From a virus (taxonomy: Duplodnaviria > Caudoviricetes), in the IMG/VR virus record IMGVR_UViG_3300028400_000009, positions 1-52,217 of that record: a stretch of 52,217 nt of DNA, one strand, 5' to 3'. The stretch's first letter is position 1. Every line of letters begins with the position of its first letter. The notes under the pieces were generated by a model. That model saw only the letters and a list, made by a program, of their open reading frames with translations. It was not told where the DNA came from and ran no database searches. The translations under genes were made by a program, and so were the position numbers. Positions 47,240 through 52,217 of this stretch are shown here, in pieces.

Positions 47240-48066
47240 TACGCCACCTCTCTATGGTATTTGCCTTCATAAATTTTTGCGAAATTGTTAGGTCTTGATA
47301 GCCATTCAAGATCAGGCAAGAAAGGTGGTTTATCATCTGTACCCTCTGTTTTACCTGTCAGAAATCTTGATTCTGATATGTAAGTGAAATACTTTTCCCA
47401 ACTCTCCAATGATGGCAAATCTTCAATCCACCGTTGTTTTATGTATCCCTTCCTTGTTGCTGTTAGCTTTCTTAGCTCTGGATTGTTTGGCAAGATAGAG
47501 TGATATAAAGATATTATTCTTTTGAATGGAACTTGAGTTTTTTGTTTAGTTTTTGTTTTAACTTCAACATCTACATCACCATGTAGATTATCATTAGTAG
47601 TATTATTATATATAGTAGTATTATATGTCGGATTTATTTCCGAGTTATTTTCGGATTTATTTCCGAGTTTTGTCGGATTTATTTCCGAGTTCGGATTTAT
47701 TTCCGACATAGTAGCCTCACTTAATTCGGATTTATTTCCGACATAGTAGCTTTTCCCCTTTTCGGTTAGTTTCATACAGTCCTTTTTCCCTACTTTTATA
47801 TGCTTTATAACGCCTAATTTATCCAGCGCTTTTAGATGCCTGTATATTGTGTCTGGCTTTAACCCTAATATTGGAAGTTGTTCAGATATTTTTTGCCTTG
47901 CGACCCAGTAGTAAATATCGTTATCTACTATAATTGCCTCAGCCCATGTGTTTGCATGGGCTAATAAGTCAAAGATTATAGCTTGATTTATATTTGTTAT
48001 GCCTAGACGTAAGCATTCACGCTGACCAACGTATAAAGTAAATTTGAAGTTATTATGCTGTGACAT
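47239..48066 (-). CDS. replication initiator (lambda O-like organisation)
   Basis: N-terminal wHTH, internal iterons, C-terminal DLEWL...KIYEGKY; upstream of dnaB. Confidence 0.85.
   Translation of the reverse strand: MSQHNNFKFTLYVGQRECLRLGITNINQAIIFDLLAHANTWAEAIIVDNDIYYWVARQKISEQLPILGLKPDTIYRHLKALDKLGVIKHIKVGKKDCMKLTEKGKSYYVGNKSELSEATMSEINPNSEINPTKLGNKSENNSEINPTYNTTIYNNTTNDNLHGDVDVEVKTKTKQKTQVPFKRIISLYHSILPNNPELRKLTATRKGYIKQRWIEDLPSLESWEKYFTYISESRFLTGKTEGTDDKPPFLPDLEWLSRPNNFAKIYEGKYHREVA
47628..47741. repeat. replication origin iterons, 5 x TCGGATTTATTTCCGA
   Basis: Exact 16-bp copies at 47628, 47651, 47673, 47691, 47726 next to an AT-rich tract. Confidence 0.9.
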
Positions 48067-48378
48067 TTATAAGCCCCTTTGTCGATTGTTGAAAAATCAG
48101 GGCATATCATTATTGTTGATTCAAAGCTCTTTGACTCTGGGTGGGTAGCGTTGCATAGAAAGCCAACAATAACAAACTATACAGACCACCCAGATCAAAG
48201 AACTCTAAGCCGACGCTACATCAGCCCTGTTACTGCATATTATAATGCAATTTGCTAAATTTGTATACCTCTAAAGAGATAGTTAAATATCATTCCCTTT
48301 CTGGAGGTGCACCTCATTAATTGTTTTTACCAGTTATGCTTCATTATTCCATCTCCTATTAATTTTAACCAACATCTA

Positions 48379-49059
48379 CTATTTTTTTATATACTTCTGC
48401 ATCCTAGCGTCAGCTTCATTGTTGATCCTTTCTTCGTCATACTCATAGCCAACCCAGTTATCAACTCCATTGGCTTCTAATTCAGACAGCTCAATATCAC
48501 TCTTCAATAGTCTTTTGAGTTCTGTGTATCCAATACTAACCTTTCCATCTGATTGAGATTTTAATAAACTCAATGCGTTTCTAGCTTTGCTAATTGATTC
48601 GTTTATTGAATCTAGCTCTTTCTTTGCATTAAGACATTTACGCTCCCATGCCTTTACTTCAGCATCAAAATCATTAATTTTTGCTTCGTGGGCTTTAATT
48701 TCACTTTCTAGTCCTATATTCTTCTCATTCAGTGTAGCGTTCAATGCCGATAATTTAGCTATGTGTTCTTGCAGTGGCTTAATCTGCAAGAACTCTACTG
48801 GTTCATCATGTAGTAAACGATTCTCCACCATGACTACAATAGATGCCTGTGAGTCGTTGATTATATCTATGACCTCCTGAGCTTCCACGCATGTGTGTCT
48901 TGTTGGTGTTCCTTGGTTTCCTACCATGCACTCAGTACACCACTGAGCACCCTCAAATTCATCAGCATATTTCGGTGTTAATTTAATCTCACTGAAATCA
49001 TCCGATACTTTTCTTATTATTACGCATGGGTTGTTCATGTAGTATTTTACGTTTTTCAT
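48379..49059 (-). CDS. coiled-coil protein with C-terminal LEANGVDNW.GY motif
   Basis: Motif recurrent in phage proteins; GAGG RBS. Confidence 0.65.
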   Translation of the reverse strand: MKNVKYYMNNPCVIIRKVSDDFSEIKLTPKYADEFEGAQWCTECMVGNQGTPTRHTCVEAQEVIDIINDSQASIVVMVENRLLHDEPVEFLQIKPLQEHIAKLSALNATLNEKNIGLESEIKAHEAKINDFDAEVKAWERKCLNAKKELDSINESISKARNALSLLKSQSDGKVSIGYTELKRLLKSDIELSELEANGVDNWVGYEYDEERINNEADARMQKYIKK

Positions 49060-49628
49060 AGTTCACCTCATTAATTTAACCCCACTATACCAGCCAACCA
49101 CGTTTTACTGTATACCCATTAAGGGGTAGGGTGGTTGTTATTTGCTCTCCTGTTTGTTTAGACAATAGCAAGGCATTAGAGGGGTTTAAGTGGTTTCCCA
49201 AGAAAACTAATCCTCTGTTTCTGTTATTTAATATGCGTGTATCAATACCAACCAATATATCAGGCTTCGTTATTTGTGTGCAAAACTTTCATTATTGCAT
49301 CGGGAACTGTACATCTAACCGTTTATCAACCATGTTCTTTTTTGCTGGCTCTCTAAAGTTTGCATGAATTAACTTAAACTTTAGCAGTCAAAAAATTATA
49401 CGAATTTAGGTTGATGGTGTATTACCACTTTTAAGTACCTGTTTTGTTCCGCAGAATTGCATAGATTAGCGGACGCTCCCCCTCTAGTCATTGTCTATGC
49501 GCGACTGGAACGGGTTGGATATTGTCTGCACTTGATCTCGCTCAAGCCGTTTTATTAATAGTTTAAGTCACTACTCGACAGGCGTAGGCGGTATTGAATG
49601 CTTGATTTAAGCAGATTTAGAAGATTAT

Positions 49629-49777
49629 TTGCTTTTTGATTCAGCTTGAAATATAATCTTTCTAACTTGTGGTGACCGTCTAAAGCAACACAAGATTTTG
49701 ACTAGTATACCTAACCTGTTTTGTATTAGTCAATATTTGCATAATCAAAGCCCCTTATTCACGTTTGGGGCTTTTTT
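49629..49777 (+). ncRNA. putative small RNA unit, copy 2
   Basis: TTGCTT-17-TATAAT, CTTGTG/CACAAG stem, TTGACTAGTATA/TGTATTAGTCAA stem, terminator. Confidence 0.55.
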
Positions 49778-49823
49778 GTGGATGTGGTATAATGATAATT
49801 GATTATTAATAAGGAGTAACAAG

Positions 49824-50087
49824 ATGGATTTTGGAAAAGCGCTAGAAAATATAAAAGCAGGAATGAAGATGCAACGCGAAGGATGGAACGGGAAAGGCAT
49901 GTTTATCTTTCTTGTGCCAGGGTCAACTTTTAAAGTTAATCGCAAGCCGCTTCTTGGAATCTATCCAGAAGGCACTGAAATTAACTATCGCGGGCATATC
50001 GACATGAAAACGGCTGATGATATGGTTGTTCCGTGGCTTGCATCACAGACAGATATTCTTGCTGATGATTGGAAAGTGGTTGAATAA
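49824..50087 (+). CDS. DUF2829 / Tad2-like anti-defence protein
   Basis: MDFGKAL...REGWNGKGMFI...PWLASQTDILADDW. Confidence 0.88.
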   Translation: MDFGKALENIKAGMKMQREGWNGKGMFIFLVPGSTFKVNRKPLLGIYPEGTEINYRGHIDMKTADDMVVPWLASQTDILADDWKVVE

Positions 50088-50141
50088 CTGGTATATCGCG
50101 TCAGTGTGCCGTACAAGACTAATTGATTAAGCTATGCCATA

Positions 50142-50178
50142 AAGCCCGAATTAAGAACCTCTTAGTTTGGGCTTTTTT
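50142..50178 (+). terminator. intrinsic terminator
   Basis: AAAGCCCGAATTAAG/CTTAGTTTGGGCTTTTTT. Confidence 0.7.
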
Positions 50179-50290
50179 GTTTCTGCAAATAACACGCAAA
50201 AGAAAACCCGCATAGACCGAGACAATCTAGCGGGTTTAAATCAACCTAAAAAGGCGCAGTCATGAAAGTAACTGCAAGACCATTATAGCA

Positions 50291-50593
50291 CTATTTCTTG
50301 TAAACCGTAGTCCTTTCTTTATTTATACAAACACGTTTATCCTGCTTTTTATATCCTAGAAGAGACAAAGCCCTTGCTTGTGTTATGTTGTTCCCGTCGA
50401 ACTCACCTACTCTAAATAAGAATAAGCTATGAATTGTTTTATCATTGTATAACTCAGTGCTATTTTCTTTTAGAAACTCTAAGATTTGTTTCGCTACCTG
50501 CTTAACGATAGGCGACGGTTCTTTCTTTTTAGGATTTATTTTTTCGCCTCTTATCTGTGACTTAATTCTTTCAACTGTTTCTTGGATTGTCAT
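50291..50593 (-). CDS. hypothetical basic protein
   Basis: AAGGAG RBS. Confidence 0.65.
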   Translation of the reverse strand: MTIQETVERIKSQIRGEKINPKKKEPSPIVKQVAKQILEFLKENSTELYNDKTIHSLFLFRVGEFDGNNITQARALSLLGYKKQDKRVCINKERTTVYKK

Positions 50594-50684
50594 ATTTAAT
50601 CTCCTTTAAATATACGACTATACCAGCTCAAATCAATAACTAAATACCCACTATTGGGTATACTGTGCGCTTTTGGAGAAAGAT

Positions 50685-50891
50685 ATGAAATTTAAACTAA
50701 TCCTAGCATTTGAAAAAGAAAGTAGCACTACCACAAGAATAACACCCCAAGATGCAGCAAAATTGCTATCTCTGTGTGATGCAGAATTTCTTAGAAATAC
50801 AATGAAAGAACTTGAAATAGAGCTGATGCCTTTTGGCGAAAAAAGGCAGAAAGAGATTTATAGTATTTTAGGCAGTAAAAAATCCGATTGA
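50685..50891 (+). CDS. hypothetical protein
   Basis: GGAG RBS, divergent across the palindromic operator. Confidence 0.55.
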   Translation: MKFKLILAFEKESSTTTRITPQDAAKLLSLCDAEFLRNTMKELEIELMPFGEKRQKEIYSILGSKKSD

Positions 50892-51076
50892 GTTACTTAT
50901 GCTCAATCGGCTTAGTTTGCACATTGGGTAATGAGGTAGTGCTACCCCTAAGCTTTACGCTACTAATGCAAGACTTGTGAAAGCCTGTGCATCATTAGAA
51001 GCTTGACCGTAAGTTTCATTGCCATTTCAAGCAATATTAACTTTAGTTGCTGAGTAGCTGATGACTTCTACTCATG
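50877..51076 (-). ncRNA. tmRNA mRNA-domain-like RNA lacking a tRNA-like domain
   Basis: Extended -10, start-less frame GNETYGQASNDAQAFTSLALVA-stop, pseudoknot, terminator. Confidence 0.5.
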
Positions 51077-51185
51077 CGCTCATTATAACATCTATTAAAA
51101 CCAATTTCACATACCCACTATGGGGTATTTTAAAGATATTGTGGGCTGGTATTATTGGTGTATTGAAATTAAGATGTGGGAAATA

Positions 51186-51470
51186 ATGAGCATTTATGGG
51201 AGTTTAAAATATAGATTCGCAAGGGAAGCAGATGCGCTTTATGTGTACGGCAAAGGCGACAAGGACGGCGAGAAACCTCTGCTTTCATTTGAGTTATCAG
51301 ATGAAACACTGATAAGCCATAAATTTATGGCTCATTATGATATGTGGCGCATTAAAGGTGGGTATATAGTTAATATGGTGGATAACGAGTACACCATATA
51401 TTATGAAAACCCAGGAAATAGCCTAGAAGAAGACCTGGATAGATTAGACTTTTATCCAGAATTTACCTAG
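51186..51470 (+). CDS. hypothetical protein
   Basis: ORF; start uncertain. Confidence 0.55.
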   Translation: MSIYGSLKYRFAREADALYVYGKGDKDGEKPLLSFELSDETLISHKFMAHYDMWRIKGGYIVNMVDNEYTIYYENPGNSLEEDLDRLDFYPEFT

Positions 51471-51472
51471 AT

Positions 51473-51514
51473 TGAGCGTAAAGCCACCGACTTTAGGCGT
51501 GGGGAGTATGTCAA
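51473..51514 (+). mobile_element. 42-bp miniature IS200/IS605 derivative (fused left and right ends)
   Basis: TGAGCGTAAAGCC (left end of the 5249 element) joined by one hairpin to GCGTGGGGAGTATGTCAA (right end). Confidence 0.8.
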
Positions 51515-51697
51515 TCGGTAGAAAACATCGGTAAATAGCTCAGTATGTCGGTTAACCGAGCAAAACAGAGTTAACCGAGCAAATTCTACCGAGCTACATG
51601 GTAATTTCTACCGACCAAATATACCCACAAAGGGGTATTTACCGATTATCAGAATCTCGGTAGTATCGGTTCTGAAATTAAACGAAAGGAGTTACAA

Positions 51698-52078
51698 ATG
51701 AATATTGATGATTTAACTATTGGGGAGGCTAGAGAAATCGCCTCTTTTTTTCAGCCAGTGGAATCTAATAAAGGGTTTAAAAATCCATTAATTGGTTCTT
51801 ATGTTCTTGTTAGAACGTATGCAAGCGGCGTCCACTTCGGAAAACTAATACAACATCAAAACCAAAACATTGTTCTTGATGAAGCAATAAGAATATGGAA
51901 ATGGAAAGCCAAAAAAGGTATTGCGCTTTCAGGAGTTGCAATGCACGGACTAGACATGGATTACGATAACAAATTAGATTCGATGACAAGTAACCATGTC
52001 ATTACTGACGCAATAGAAATTATTAAGTCTGATGTTTTGAAAAAGCAGTTAAATGAAATAGGAGAGTACAATGCTTAA
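51698..52078 (+). CDS. DUF6948-like protein, possible Sm/SH3-like barrel
   Basis: IGSYVLVRTYASGVHFGKL...NIVLDEAIRIWKW...LSGVA..G. Confidence 0.7.
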   Translation: MNIDDLTIGEAREIASFFQPVESNKGFKNPLIGSYVLVRTYASGVHFGKLIQHQNQNIVLDEAIRIWKWKAKKGIALSGVAMHGLDMDYDNKLDSMTSNHVITDAIEIIKSDVLKKQLNEIGEYNA

Positions 52079-52217
52079 CATACAAGTGTACTGGAAAACT
52101 GGCTCTGGCTCTGGCTCTGGCTATGGCTATGGCGATGGCTCTGGCTATGGCTATGGCGATGGCTCTGGCTCTGGCTATGGCTCTGGCTATGGCTCTGGCT
52201 ATGGCTATGGCTCTGGC
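52071..52217 (+). CDS. Gly-rich (GS/GY/GD) repeat ORF, truncated by window end
   Basis: GGAG RBS, MLNIQVYWKT then (G-S/Y/D)n. Confidence 0.5.
   Translation, partial: MLNIQVYWKTGSGSGSGYGYGDGSGYGYGDGSGSGYGSGYGSGYGYGSG
52101..52217 (+). repeat. GGC-NNT hexamer tandem array (19+ units)
   Basis: Only GGCTCT, GGCTAT and GGCGAT units. Confidence 0.95.

Noticed and set aside
47628-47741. Palindromic 16-bp repeats as a mini-CRISPR
   Set aside because: Spacers are only 2-19 bp and lie inside the initiator gene; typical iterons
1-52217. tRNA/rRNA genes, integrase, alternative genetic code
   Set aside because: No cloverleaf with T-arm/CCA or recombinase motif recognised; core genes are intact under the standard bacterial code

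Overview
AT-rich, apparently near-complete tailed dsDNA phage (siphovirus-type) genome, probably from a proteobacterial host. The minus strand carries replication (initiator with internal iterons, DnaB), a PAPS-reductase-like module, terminase, portal, head, tail and lysis genes. The plus strand carries recombination/early genes (ERF-like, Gp157, NinB, SSB) and accessory islands. I recognised no integrase or CI repressor. The most striking locus is at 14.0-15.4 kb. A stand-alone Cas7/RAMP-like gene is followed by two non-coding arrays of 5-nt GGY-NN units, each ending in a structurally conserved, covarying hairpin tail, and then an accessory gene. This is a candidate non-CRISPR RNA-guided system with a non-contiguous guide code. 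Other notable items: a tmRNA tag-like RNA without a tRNA-like domain (50.9-51.1 kb); a non-autonomous IS200/IS605 TnpB element inserted silently in a stop codon, plus a 42-bp mini-derivative; two paralogous sRNA modules; a dispersed 18-bp palindromic operator; an attC-like 59-bp element; a Tad2-like protein; and an Sm-like gene followed by GGC-NNT hexamer repeats. All family assignments come from motif recognition by eye; no searches were run.
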